This document shows, in pieces, positions 8,139 through 16,763 of a stretch of 25,235 bases of DNA; within the stretch, counting starts at the first letter, position 1; the number at the start of each line of letters is the position of its first letter. The notes below the pieces were generated by a model. The model made no database searches, was not told the DNA's origin, and saw only the letters and a program-made list of their open reading frames with translations. The DNA is taken from positions 1 to 25,235 of the IMG/VR virus record IMGVR_UViG_3300032319_000377; one strand, 5' to 3'. This DNA comes from a virus. Taxonomy: Duplodnaviria > Caudoviricetes. The position numbers and the translations under genes are program-made.

Positions 8139-10370
8139 TCATAGTTCGGGGTAGTCATCAGGTTGAGAGTCACCTTGCGTGTGCGTCAGCAGTCTCAGGC
8201 CAGTCCATATTCGCCGGCCCTTTGCTGCCTTTGACGGGACGAATCCACGCTCGCGTAGCACCGAACCCAACTGCACCGGATTCAGGAGCCGCTCCGAACT
8301 CGCCTGCGCCCAATCCGTGTACGCCTTGTGCAGCGCGGCACTCAGGACCTGCAACCCTTCGCCCACCTCGCACGCGTGATCGAGGAACTCGCCGAACCAG
8401 TCGCTCTCCTCGCGGTACGAGTCCGTCGCTGCCAGCACGCGCTTCGGTGGTTGCAACCCGTCGCGGTACCAGTGATGCGCGCCCTCGATCAGCCAGTCAA
8501 GCACGCCCTCGGCTTCCTCATCGCGCAGACGTTGCGGTAATGACTTGTCCTGCTCTTCGTCCGTTATGCGCGTCTCGAACGGGATCAGGATCAGCCGGTC
8601 CCAGAGTGCCTCGCCACCATCGCGGACCTGTGGGCGGTGGTTCGTGGTCAACCACACCGTATGTGACGGCGTGAACGTGAAGGGTGCCTCGAACAACCGG
8701 CGCGCCTGGACTGTGTCATCACCAGTCAGCCACTTCACACGCCCCTCGTTGAGCCGCCCGCCCTGATCCGTCTCCGCGCAGATCACGTACCGCGTGCCAT
8801 GCAGAGCCGCAAGGTCGGGCGACGCCGATCCGGCATGTGACAGGTTCTTGCGCGCCATCAAAATGTCCGACGGCAGGACCTGCGAAAAGCCCTCGCCGAT
8901 GATGTCCCGCACCAGTTCGAGCAGCGTCGTCTTGCCATTGCGCCCGACGCCGTGGCAGACAAACAAGCGACGCTCACGCGTGCTGCCGGTGATTGAATAC
9001 CCGAGCGCTCGACGCAGAAAGTGCCTGACCGCCGGGTCCGGCTGAATGCGGTTCAGGAATTGCCAGAAGAGCGGCATATCTGGGTGCAGGTCTGGTACCC
9101 ACGGCAGCGGCCGACCCTTGTACGCCACGATGCGCGTGATGTAATCCTCGCGTGTGTGCGGTGCGAGTGTCCGCGTGCGCAAATCGACGGTCCCTGTGGC
9201 GACGTTTAGGAGCCACTCGTTGCGGTCGAGTTGATCCGGCAGGATGCCGACGCCGGGAAGGTCCTGTGCAAGTGCCAGCATCGCCTGCAACCGCTGCCGA
9301 CTTTCCGACCGTTCAGCGTGCCTGACCAACGCGGTCCGCCTGGCCGATGGCATGTCCGGCGACCGATCAGCGGACGCGACATTGGTCAGCTCGCGGATTG
9401 TCTCGACGGCCAATCGCATCGGTCCGCCGGTACCGTCCGGCCGCCACCGCATGCCGTCCCAGATAAGCCACGTTTTCCACGCATGGACGTAGCGGAGGTT
9501 CTCACCGTGGCGCGCGATCATGCGCTCCGCGTTGCCGGAGTCCGTCAGTGGCTGGTGATCAATCGCGCGTGCGTCGGGCGCGTCCGGCACCGGTGCGCGG
9601 TACGCCGGTGCGGATTGTGCGAGCCGTTCGAGCGCCTCAAGGGTGCCACCCTGTGCAATCCAGTCGCTAACGTCTGCGCCTTTGCCGACGACCGGTAACG
9701 TGACGATCGACACGCTCGACGCGACGCCCGTCAGCGCCTGCGCGATGCGTTCCGCGCCCTTGAGTCCGGGCGCATCGTTGTCGGGAATGATGCGAACGAC
9801 GCGACCACGCAGCGCGTCGGCATACCGGTCGTGCCACTTCCCCGCACCCATCGGGACCGTCGTGACGGTGGCACCCAACCGCGCGAGATTGTCTGCGTCT
9901 TTCTCGCCCTCGACAAACCACACCGCATTGGCCGACGCGATCAGTTCCGGCAGCCGGTACAAAACAGTCTGCACGCCAGCCAGTGACCAGGTGTACCCCG
10001 AGTCCGTCACCGCGCGCTGCCGAAACGACTTCGGTTGGTATCTGAGGGTCTCGTGTATGACGCGCCCCGTCGCATCGCGGTAGGCATAGATCGCCACGGG
10101 CGCACCACTGGCCGACGGTGCAGCCGCACGTGGTACCCGGGCGGGAGGGTCTCGCCTCGGTAGGTGGCCCGAGGCTAGCAGCGCGTCACGCACCGCCTCC
10201 TGACTGCACCCCGCGTGGCAAAACCACAAGACCCGCCCGTCGTCACCGTCGCTGATTGACAGCGACGCCTGCCGATCCTCGTGCGCCGGACACTGCGCGA
10301 TCCACCCCTTCGCGACTCGCTTCCCGCCCAACGAGTGCCCGAGTTCAGCCGCGTTCGGATATGTGATCAT
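8139..10370 (-). CDS. Primase-helicase (Zn-binding + TOPRIM primase + D5/P4-type SF3 helicase)
   Basis: CPAHED...CHAGC; FVEGEKDAD and PDNDAPG (TOPRIM); LTDSGNAER (D5_N); Walker A GVGRNGKTT; KWLTGDD, TTNHRP, WDRL. ATG at 10370 overlaps the upstream TGA. Confidence 0.95.
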   Translation of the reverse strand: MITYPNAAELGHSLGGKRVAKGWIAQCPAHEDRQASLSISDGDDGRVLWFCHAGCSQEAVRDALLASGHLPRRDPPARVPRAAAPSASGAPVAIYAYRDATGRVIHETLRYQPKSFRQRAVTDSGYTWSLAGVQTVLYRLPELIASANAVWFVEGEKDADNLARLGATVTTVPMGAGKWHDRYADALRGRVVRIIPDNDAPGLKGAERIAQALTGVASSVSIVTLPVVGKGADVSDWIAQGGTLEALERLAQSAPAYRAPVPDAPDARAIDHQPLTDSGNAERMIARHGENLRYVHAWKTWLIWDGMRWRPDGTGGPMRLAVETIRELTNVASADRSPDMPSARRTALVRHAERSESRQRLQAMLALAQDLPGVGILPDQLDRNEWLLNVATGTVDLRTRTLAPHTREDYITRIVAYKGRPLPWVPDLHPDMPLFWQFLNRIQPDPAVRHFLRRALGYSITGSTRERRLFVCHGVGRNGKTTLLELVRDIIGEGFSQVLPSDILMARKNLSHAGSASPDLAALHGTRYVICAETDQGGRLNEGRVKWLTGDDTVQARRLFEAPFTFTPSHTVWLTTNHRPQVRDGGEALWDRLILIPFETRITDEEQDKSLPQRLRDEEAEGVLDWLIEGAHHWYRDGLQPPKRVLAATDSYREESDWFGEFLDHACEVGEGLQVLSAALHKAYTDWAQASSERLLNPVQLGSVLRERGFVPSKAAKGRRIWTGLRLLTHTQGDSQPDDYPEL

Positions 10371-10633
10371 GACTGGCCGCCTGTCGCGTTTTGCATCGCC
10401 TCGATCTCCGCCCAGGCATCCCACGCCACCGTGGCCGAGGCCACGAATGCGCTGTCCGGCAGTTCGATCAGGACGCACGCGGCACAGAACCACGCGCCAC
10501 GTTCGCCGTCCTCATTGACCGGCCCGAAGCGGTTATCGGACACCCACGTCTTCGCGCGGTGAGGACACCTCGGCGACGCGCACGGCATGGAGATTGCTAC
10601 GCCGTTGCTTTCTGTCGTCAGTTGTGGTGGCAT
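10367..10633 (-). CDS. Small Cys-containing (putative Zn-finger) protein
   Basis: GGGAGGG RBS, ATG at 10633; CASPRC...CAAC; coupled to the primase. Confidence 0.7.
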   Translation of the reverse strand: MPPQLTTESNGVAISMPCASPRCPHRAKTWVSDNRFGPVNEDGERGAWFCAACVLIELPDSAFVASATVAWDAWAEIEAMQNATGGQS

Positions 10634-10709
10634 TATTCCCTCCCTGCCACGAATGCAATGGCGGGTCGGAATATCCAACCCGCCGTAGTGAAGCCTATGT
10701 GAACGCGCG

Positions 10710-11384
10710 CTAGAACGGCACGTCACCGCAACCGTCCGAGTCGTCAGTCTGCGCCTCCTCCGCTTCCGGCACGGTGTCCATCACCAACGGGGTCCAACCG
10801 TCCGCGGACAGGCGCGTAAACACGCCAGCCCCGAGAATGTCGCGGTCCGGCAACAGCCGCGCCACGATCTGCTCGATTGGTGTGTTACGTCCGTCAATCC
10901 ACCACTTCGCCCACCCAGAATGGTCGTAGTCGTCCATGCTAAACTCGACGCCCTGCATCAGGTCAGCAAACGCGTTCAACGCGTCGGTGATCGCCTGGTC
11001 ATACGTGTCCCGCGTCAAGCGGTTTGCGAGGAGCTGCATCAGTCCGGCTGCCTGCTCCCGTGTCAACCAGTCGCGAAGTTGGCTGGACCGGGACTGCCGG
11101 ATCGTCTGTGCCCACGGCACCTGTTTCGGGCCGCCTTCCAGCGCGACCCGCCTCCCCGCGTCTACCGCGTCCTGATCGGCCAGAGCCATCTTCTGGCGGT
11201 AGCATTCCCTACAGTCCCTGTCCTGTTGTGCCTGCACCCACTTGCTGCGCTGGGGGTTGGCCCCCGCAAATATCTGAATCGTTTCCGTGTGCCCGCACAA
11301 CCGCGTAATCAGGTAGTCGACCTTCTCGGCGGTCGCATCGGTGCCGCTGGACCTTGTCAGTGGTGTACGCCTTGGTCGTTGCAC
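10710..11384 (-). CDS. Conserved mobile-element protein (CGH...CxxC, KQxxWAxxIR, WWIDxR) with acidic DVPF tail
   Basis: Motif pattern recalled from phage/ICE hypothetical proteins; GAGGA RBS; function unknown. Confidence 0.75.
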   Translation of the reverse strand: MQRPRRTPLTRSSGTDATAEKVDYLITRLCGHTETIQIFAGANPQRSKWVQAQQDRDCRECYRQKMALADQDAVDAGRRVALEGGPKQVPWAQTIRQSRSSQLRDWLTREQAAGLMQLLANRLTRDTYDQAITDALNAFADLMQGVEFSMDDYDHSGWAKWWIDGRNTPIEQIVARLLPDRDILGAGVFTRLSADGWTPLVMDTVPEAEEAQTDDSDGCGDVPF

Positions 11385-11396
11385 GCTCTTTTTTCC

Positions 11397-11702
11397 TCAA
11401 AACTCATCAGTGGTCGCGGTCGTCACCGCGCTGTTGGCACCGTCAACCGCCGGTACCGTCACCGTGCCAACGTCGATTCCAAGCGCGCCGGCAATCGCCT
11501 GCGCCGTCGTCAGGCGCAAAGCCGCGGGACGCAATCCGGCGACGGTGCGCCTGCCACGTTCGGCACGCTCGACCGTCTCCACGCTGCACGCCGCCTCGCG
11601 TGCGACGCGCTCCCGCGACCAGCCAAGCCCGGTACGAACCGACCGGATTGTAGTCCCTGAGACCACGACATCATCCGTCCGCCCGTGCCACCTACGCGCC
11701 AT
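11397..11702 (-). CDS. XRE-family helix-turn-helix regulator
   Basis: IRSVRTGLGWSRERVAREAACSVETVERAERG...IAGALGI; likely ATG at 11702. Confidence 0.85.
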   Translation of the reverse strand: MARRWHGRTDDVVVSGTTIRSVRTGLGWSRERVAREAACSVETVERAERGRRTVAGLRPAALRLTTAQAIAGALGIDVGTVTVPAVDGANSAVTTATTDEF

Positions 11703-12015
11703 GACGCGCCTCGATGCGTCGCACCATCTCCGCAAACACGATCTCGACCAACTGTCGCTGTTGCTCCAGTGTGAGGCCGACAATTGCGAACGTACCGTAC
11801 TGCGGGCCGAGATTCCAGTGATGCATAACGTGATGCAGCGACGCCGGTATCAGGCTTTCGGTCAGGTACGCCAACTCGCGGTCATCCTCACGATTGACGC
11901 CGTGCGTGTCGCCCTTGGTCTGGTGGTCCCACGCCAAGCGTGCCACCACGTGATCCACTACCCATGCCTCCAATCGCCAGAATGAGGTAATCCGCAAACG
12001 ATCATCCATCGCCAA
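11692..12015 (-). CDS. Hypothetical protein
   Basis: Tiles the early operon. Confidence 0.6.
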   Translation of the reverse strand: MAMDDRLRITSFWRLEAWVVDHVVARLAWDHQTKGDTHGVNREDDRELAYLTESLIPASLHHVMHHWNLGPQYGTFAIVGLTLEQQRQLVEIVFAEMVRRIEARHGA

Positions 12016-12024
12016 ACCCTTTCG

Positions 12025-12291
12025 TTACCGCCACTCCAGGCAGTTGTCACGCCACGCATGGGCGCACGTCAGATCAGTCCCCGCCACGTGCGCCTGATAG
12101 CCGTCGATGCGAACCTCGTACCAATCCAACCGTGATAGGTGCCAAACTTCGAGGATGTGCCCGTCGACCTCGACGCGGTCGACCGCGCGATCCTCCGGCC
12201 ACGCCGGCACCTCGATCTTGCGCCCCCACAATCGCCGGACATACCGCAACCGAGGCAAGTCCACCTGCGCCGGTCCTCGCTTCTTAACCAT
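12025..12291 (-). CDS. Hypothetical protein (88 aa)
   Basis: GGGGAG RBS and ATG. Confidence 0.65.
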   Translation of the reverse strand: MVKKRGPAQVDLPRLRYVRRLWGRKIEVPAWPEDRAVDRVEVDGHILEVWHLSRLDWYEVRIDGYQAHVAGTDLTCAHAWRDNCLEWR

Positions 12292-12315
12292 TGCAATCTC
12301 CCCTGAAACAAGTGT

Positions 12316-12333
12316 GGCCGGGTTTCCCCGGCC
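12316..12333 (-). terminator. GC-rich hairpin with GAAA tetraloop between early genes
   Basis: ggccggg-gaaa-cccggcc on the minus strand, just after the stop at 12342; weak U-tract. Confidence 0.5.
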
Positions 12334-12341
12334 CGGTTTGT

Positions 12342-12668
12342 CTAGTTGTGAATGCTTGCCCAGTACGCTCGCAGGTCGTCCGCCAATACCTTCGCCTCGG
12401 CCTCGGCCGCTGCCCAGTTGGCCTGCCCCACCGTCAACGCGAGTTCGCGCGTCCGGCGCGTGTAGACCGCCATCTTCCGCGAGAATCCGTAGTTGTTGCG
12501 CGCCGGAATGTCAGCCATTGCCGTCGCCACAAGTGCAATCGCCGTATCCCGATCCTGATCGAGCGTTGCGTAGGACGAAACTTCCTTGTGGGTCGCGACG
12601 CGCTTCTTTGCGTGCGCGGCTGCGTACCGCGGGTCTGTCCAGAGGATTGGCTTGGTGCGTTGTTCCAT
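12342..12668 (-). CDS. Hypothetical protein, first gene of the early operon
   Basis: GGAAGGA RBS, ATG at 12668, downstream of a sigma70-like promoter. Confidence 0.7.
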   Translation of the reverse strand: MEQRTKPILWTDPRYAAAHAKKRVATHKEVSSYATLDQDRDTAIALVATAMADIPARNNYGFSRKMAVYTRRTRELALTVGQANWAAAEAEAKVLADDLRAYWASIHN

Positions 12669-12706
12669 CGTTTCCTTCCCTGTCGCGTGTAGTTGTGGCC
12701 GTCTCC

Positions 12707-12748
12707 CGTCCACGTCTGGATAGTGCCAGTGGGACGCGTCCACGTCAA
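12707..12748 (-). promoter_or_regulatory. Sigma70-type early promoter with two candidate operator repeats
   Basis: TTGACG (12748-12743), 17 bp, CACTAT (12725-12720); GACGTGGACG repeated at 12737-12746 and 12707-12716. Confidence 0.7.
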
Positions 12749-12792
12749 GGCACGGCCAAAAGAGTTAACAAACCGTTAGCAAACGACGTGCG

Positions 12793-13041
12793 CTACCCCG
12801 TCGGAACGATCCCCAGCGCCTTAAGCACACGCGTCAGAATATCGTCAAACATCGCCTCGAACGGTGCGACGTAAGCGCCTAGCCCCAGAAGATTAGCCGC
12901 GGTATCCACGCTTGCCGCCGCCCCGACTGCGCGTGCGATCCACAGTCCGACGCGCAGGATCGCGACCGTCGCGCTGACAGTGGCGAGGATCAACCGCCAC
13001 CGGTTGGCGCACGCCCTCACGCCGGTCAGGATCGCGCTCAC
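12793..13041 (-). CDS. Small hydrophobic protein of the lysis cassette
   Basis: GTG at 13041 in a GTGA overlap; hydrophobic LILATVSATVAILRVGLWIA. Confidence 0.55.
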   Translation of the reverse strand: MSAILTGVRACANRWRLILATVSATVAILRVGLWIARAVGAAASVDTAANLLGLGAYVAPFEAMFDDILTRVLKALGIVPTG

Positions 13042-13163
13042 GTGCGCCCACCCTGCCGGGCGACGCGTGCGCGGGGGTTGCCGAACGCACGCGCCGCCGG
13101 CCGAGGGCACACCAAACAGGGTGCGCCCGCGTGGTGCCGGGTTAGGCGCGCAGATCGTATCAC
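13038..13163 (-). CDS. Tiny basic protein (41 aa, CxxC)
   Basis: GTGA overlaps at both ends; no other support. Confidence 0.4.
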   Translation of the reverse strand: MIRSARLTRHHAGAPCLVCPRPAARAFGNPRARVARQGGRT

Positions 13164-13399
13164 GACGTTGGCGCGCCTGGGATAGTGGTTGTTCCGTTGC
13201 CGTTGCCGTTGCCGTTTGTTGCGGTTTGTCCGGACCCGCGGAACAACCACCCAGTTACAGCGCCCGCAGCGCCCACGAGCGCTGTGGATGCCGATTGCGA
13301 CTCCATCAGAGCTAGCCAACAAATTGCGCCGATGACCAGCAGCGCGATCACGCCACCGACCGCGTCCCTGAACGTGACCCAGGGCCGGTCAGGCGGCAT
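13160..13399 (-). CDS. Putative holin (two TM helices)
   Basis: AVGGVIALLVIGAICWLAL and ALVGAAGAVTGWLF; overlaps the endolysin stop. Confidence 0.7.
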   Translation of the reverse strand: MPPDRPWVTFRDAVGGVIALLVIGAICWLALMESQSASTALVGAAGAVTGWLFRGSGQTATNGNGNGNGTTTIPGAPTS

Positions 13400-14174
13400 T
13401 GGATGCCTCGGGTGTCGCGTCGGACGCTACGATTGGCGTTTCGGCCGTTTGCTCAACCGGTGCCTTGGCCGCCTCCAGCTCCACCACGCGTGCCTTCAAC
13501 GCGCCGATCTCCTCGATCCAACTGGCAAGGCTGGCGCTATTGGCCTGCCAGACCGCGCATGACGCAATAAGCGCCGGGACCTCTCCGGCGGGATAGTTGC
13601 TTGACGCGAGTGCGTCACTGATCGCTTGTAGTTCGGGTGTCACTGTTTCGTCTCCTTTTACAATCGCCGGACTGCCACCGTCCGCCCACCGTGTGTACGC
13701 GTCGCAGACCTCTACCGGGTCCCACGTCACCGCTGCAATCGCCTCGCGTGGCACGCCGGGTGCGCCGTACCACGACCACCCGGACGGTTTGGCACGCGTC
13801 ACCACGCAGTGCAGGTGTGGCAAAGTCGTGCCAGTGTGCCCACACCGACCGATCACGTCCCCGCGTCGGCACTCGTGACCGACATCGTCAAACTCGAACC
13901 CCTGGGCGTGCGCGTAATGCACGTAGGACCCCTCGTACGGACCACTGATCAACCGCCACCATTGGTGATTGCCGAAGCCCGTCGCACCGCTGCCTGACCA
14001 CTCAAGCACTTGACTGGTGATCGCCAGTAGGGGTAGTCCCTCGTCGCCCCACGCGCCCGCTCCGGCGTTTAAATCAATTCCCTCGTGATAGCCACGCTGG
14101 TAGTCCGACCATTGCAGGTATTCGTACCCGCCGTTCTCCGGATCCGCCTTGTTGACGCCTTGCAAAAAAAACAC
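13389..14174 (-). CDS. Endolysin, M23 peptidase with C-terminal coiled coil
   Basis: HEGID (HxxxD), YAH, GDVIGRCGHTG, PHLH (HxH); next to a holin-like gene. Confidence 0.88.
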   Translation of the reverse strand: MFFLQGVNKADPENGGYEYLQWSDYQRGYHEGIDLNAGAGAWGDEGLPLLAITSQVLEWSGSGATGFGNHQWWRLISGPYEGSYVHYAHAQGFEFDDVGHECRRGDVIGRCGHTGTTLPHLHCVVTRAKPSGWSWYGAPGVPREAIAAVTWDPVEVCDAYTRWADGGSPAIVKGDETVTPELQAISDALASSNYPAGEVPALIASCAVWQANSASLASWIEEIGALKARVVELEAAKAPVEQTAETPIVASDATPEASNAA

Positions 14175-14518
14175 TAGTTAACCCTTTCCGCCCGCTGCCG
14201 TTGTGGCACTTCATTCAACGGTACCACCGTCCGTGCCTGCGTCGCCCTTCGTGACGCCACCCTGCCAACGTCCCCGGGTCGCAGTCTGGGTAGCACCTGC
14301 GCCTGTGGAGTCCTTGCGGGACGTTCGAGTGCCGCCAGAACCTCTGGTGACCGCAGTGCCTGCTCCAGTGCGACCCGTGCGAGTTGCGACGGCACGCGCC
14401 GCCCGGCTTCCCAGGCTCGAACCGCGTCCGTCGATACACCGATCAGCGTGCCGAAGGATGATTGCGTCAGACGCAGTCGCTGACGCGTCCGCTTGATGCT
14501 CTGTGGTGTCGTGTTCAC
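14174..14518 (-). CDS. XRE-family helix-turn-helix regulator
   Basis: GGAGG plus GTG at 14518; IKRTRQRLRLTQSSFGTLIGVSTDAVRAWEAGRRVPS. Confidence 0.88.
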   Translation of the reverse strand: MNTTPQSIKRTRQRLRLTQSSFGTLIGVSTDAVRAWEAGRRVPSQLARVALEQALRSPEVLAALERPARTPQAQVLPRLRPGDVGRVASRRATQARTVVPLNEVPQRQRAERVN

Positions 14519-14584
14519 GCCTCCACCTGTCGGCCCGCAACCGCCCGCGGGTACCCTCGTTGTACACTGTGGGAGGCAAACATC

Positions 14585-14758
14585 ATGCAAGTGTTCTGGG
14601 CTGGGGTTTTCGCACAAGTGACACTGACCACGATCCTCGGCGCGTTCGCGATCTGGGGTTTGGTCACGTCCGAGCGTGCGCGCAAGCTGTGGTTTTCGGA
14701 ACGCTCGACGCGCGCGCGCCAATCGGCCGCCTGCACGTGTGGCGCGTACCACCAGTAG
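14585..14758 (+). CDS. Small membrane protein (57 aa)
   Basis: GGGAGG RBS, ATG at 14585, hydrophobic N-terminal half; divergent from the XRE gene. Confidence 0.6.
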   Translation: MQVFWAGVFAQVTLTTILGAFAIWGLVTSERARKLWFSERSTRARQSAACTCGAYHQ

Positions 14759-14763
14759 GATTT

Positions 14764-15204
14764 ATGGTCGTTATTAGCGTCACGCTGCCGTATCCACCGT
14801 CGACCAATCACCTGTACCGGCGGTTGCGCGGTCAGCTCGCACTGACGCCGGAAGCTCGCGAGTTTCGCCACCACGCCCGTTTGATCTGCGCGAGTGTGGT
14901 TGACCGGCCGATCAGCGATCCGGTCGCGGTGTACCTCAGGATTTACCGCCCCCGTCGTGTCGGCGATCTGGACAATCTTCTCAAGGCCGTGCTTGATGCC
15001 TGCAACGGGGTGATCTGGGTTGATGATTCGCTGGTCACGGGGATTCACGCGCAACGGTTCGAGGATGCCAGAAATCCGCGGGTCGAGCTGACCGCGATCC
15101 CCGCGCCAACGATCAGCGCCACCTACGACGCGTTGTACGATCACTTGCACCAACTCCAGGCACTCACCGATGCCACCACGTCACCAAGTGACGCGGTCGG
15201 CTAG
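14764..15204 (+). CDS. rusA: RusA-family Holliday junction resolvase
   Basis: LPYPPSTNHLYR, GDLDNLLKAVLDA, WVDDSLV; AGGA RBS with ATG at 14764. Confidence 0.92.
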   Translation: MVVISVTLPYPPSTNHLYRRLRGQLALTPEAREFRHHARLICASVVDRPISDPVAVYLRIYRPRRVGDLDNLLKAVLDACNGVIWVDDSLVTGIHAQRFEDARNPRVELTAIPAPTISATYDALYDHLHQLQALTDATTSPSDAVG

Positions 15205-15870
15205 CCGTCGCCGCTCCGCGTCCGTCAATCGCAGGTAGATCGTCGTCGTATCGACGCGCGCATGGCCGAGGTGGTTTTGCACCTCGGTCAGCGGCAGGCC
15301 GGTTCGCAACAGATGCACCGCCGCCCCGTGGCGAAAGTCAAGCGGTGTCGCCAACCGCGCACCGTCCGCACCGATCACGCGCACTCCGGCGCGGTCCGAC
15401 GCACCCTGCACGATCCGGTGTACCTCTCGACGGCTGATCGGACGGTCGCCGCTGACGCGCGTCCGGAAGAGGTGCCCATCATTGGCGCACCGTGTATCTC
15501 GCCCGAACGCCACGAGCGCACCGATCAAGTCGGGTGCCACGTAGACCAGTTTGGTTCGCCGACGCTTCGTGCGTTGCTTGAGATTGGTTAGGTGTAGCGC
15601 ACCCTCGGCACGGTCAAGGTCGCACAGGCGGAGCGTCGCCACCTCGGACACGCGCCCGCCCGACTGCCACAGGACCTCGACGATCAACCGGTCACGCGTC
15701 GTGGCGCACGCCGCCACGAGTGCGCGAGCATCCTCGCGCGTCACGTAGGCGGGTGGTCCGCCCGAGCTGGCGCGTGCCACGCCGACGATTGCCGGCAACG
15801 GTACCGCGCGTTCCCCACGTTCTGGGACGTTCGGTCTAGCGAGTGTGATCGTGCCGCTTGTGCCTGTCAC
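15181..15870 (-). CDS. Tyrosine recombinase, catalytic domain only
   Basis: GGRVSE (R), LKQR (K), LDFRH (R), HLGH, TTTIY (Y); 229 aa with no N-terminal binding domain. Confidence 0.93.
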   Translation of the reverse strand: MTGTSGTITLARPNVPERGERAVPLPAIVGVARASSGGPPAYVTREDARALVAACATTRDRLIVEVLWQSGGRVSEVATLRLCDLDRAEGALHLTNLKQRTKRRRTKLVYVAPDLIGALVAFGRDTRCANDGHLFRTRVSGDRPISRREVHRIVQGASDRAGVRVIGADGARLATPLDFRHGAAVHLLRTGLPLTEVQNHLGHARVDTTTIYLRLTDAERRRLADRVTW

Positions 15871-15898
15871 CGTGCCTCCCCCGTGATCGTTGCGAGTC

Positions 15899-15928
15899 TA
15901 CGTCACACAATACGGATACTGGGACGTA
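15899..15928. other. Putative tyrosine-recombinase target site (12-6-12 imperfect palindrome)
   Basis: tacgtcacacaa-tacgga-tactgggacgta, 28 bp upstream of the recombinase start; arms match at 9 of 12 positions. Confidence 0.65.
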
Positions 15929-15939
15929 AGCGTTTACTG

Positions 15940-16740
15940 TCACGACGTGACCGGCACTAGACGACCGTTTACATACACGCCGTCAATTCCGGTTTTTGGG
16001 TATTTCGCACGATTGGCCGTATAGCCTTTATCGCCTGCCGCTGGATACGTCATGGGGGTTAGAGTTTCATCTTCCCATTCGCCTTCTTTAGGGCGTGGGT
16101 GCATTGGCGATGGCACGGCAGTAGATCGCGATTGTTCGCGTTTCACCGACCAACCATTCTTGAGGCGTTTCACAATCGTCCCTATGCCCTCGTATTGACC
16201 GTACCCCCACGTGTACCAGAGGTGGACGCGTGATCCGACACTCAACGGGCCGCCCGATACTTTTTCCTCTGAAGCGGCAAGGGCTTGTGCCCGGGCCTCT
16301 TGGTACGCGGCTCGTCGCGCAAACGAGTCGGCTTCATCCGCCAATGCAAACGATTTGCGAATCTGTCGGTCGCGTGTGTTGAGTCCTGACCGACGCCGTG
16401 CCGTCATGACGCCGCCCCCCGCCATCGCGGCCTCTCGCAAATGGAACCGCACCGACGAACTGCGGGCCGCCACTTCGTCGCGCCGTTTGGCCTCTAAGGC
16501 GCGTAGACGTTCGGCGAGGGCTGCCGCGGCGGCGCTGCCGGACGGCGACACGCTGACGGGCGCCGGTTCGATTACAGGCGGTACGGTCTCCGGCACATCA
16601 AGCAATGACGGCTGGTACCACTCCGATGAACGAATAGGGTGGAACCGCCCGCTCCTGTCGCGGAATCCGGCGCCGGTGGGATTCCGGTTTGCATGGGACA
16701 ACCACCACAACGCACCGCCCAACGCAATAAACGGCCACAT
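15940..16740 (-). CDS. TM-RNP leader cargo protein A
   Basis: MWPFIALGGALWWLSHANRNPTG...; leader paralogous to 20166-21356; C-terminal beta-rich SH3-like segment. Confidence 0.8.
   Translation of the reverse strand: MWPFIALGGALWWLSHANRNPTGAGFRDRSGRFHPIRSSEWYQPSLLDVPETVPPVIEPAPVSVSPSGSAAAAALAERLRALEAKRRDEVAARSSSVRFHLREAAMAGGGVMTARRRSGLNTRDRQIRKSFALADEADSFARRAAYQEARAQALAASEEKVSGGPLSVGSRVHLWYTWGYGQYEGIGTIVKRLKNGWSVKREQSRSTAVPSPMHPRPKEGEWEDETLTPMTYPAAGDKGYTANRAKYPKTGIDGVYVNGRLVPVTS
16586..16719. repeat. 134-bp diverged repeat (leader of cargo A); partner at 21196-21329
   Basis: Colinear without gaps; 25 bp identical (gggacaaccaccacaacgcaccgcc). Confidence 0.9.
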
Positions 16741-16763
16741 AGCGCATCCTTCTCGGCACGTTG

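Noticed and set aside
13188-13221. ccgttg tandem repeat
   Set aside because: Simply encodes NGNGNGNG in the holin tail.
15067-15081. ARNPR in RusA as part of the RNP system
   Set aside because: It lies on the opposite strand in a soluble enzyme, where NPR is a common RusA C-terminal feature; it is better treated as a background occurrence.
15940-16520. DUF3560-like assignment for cargo A
   Set aside because: Only a vague helical plus SH3-like resemblance; the GHHSE-type signature I associate with that family is missing.
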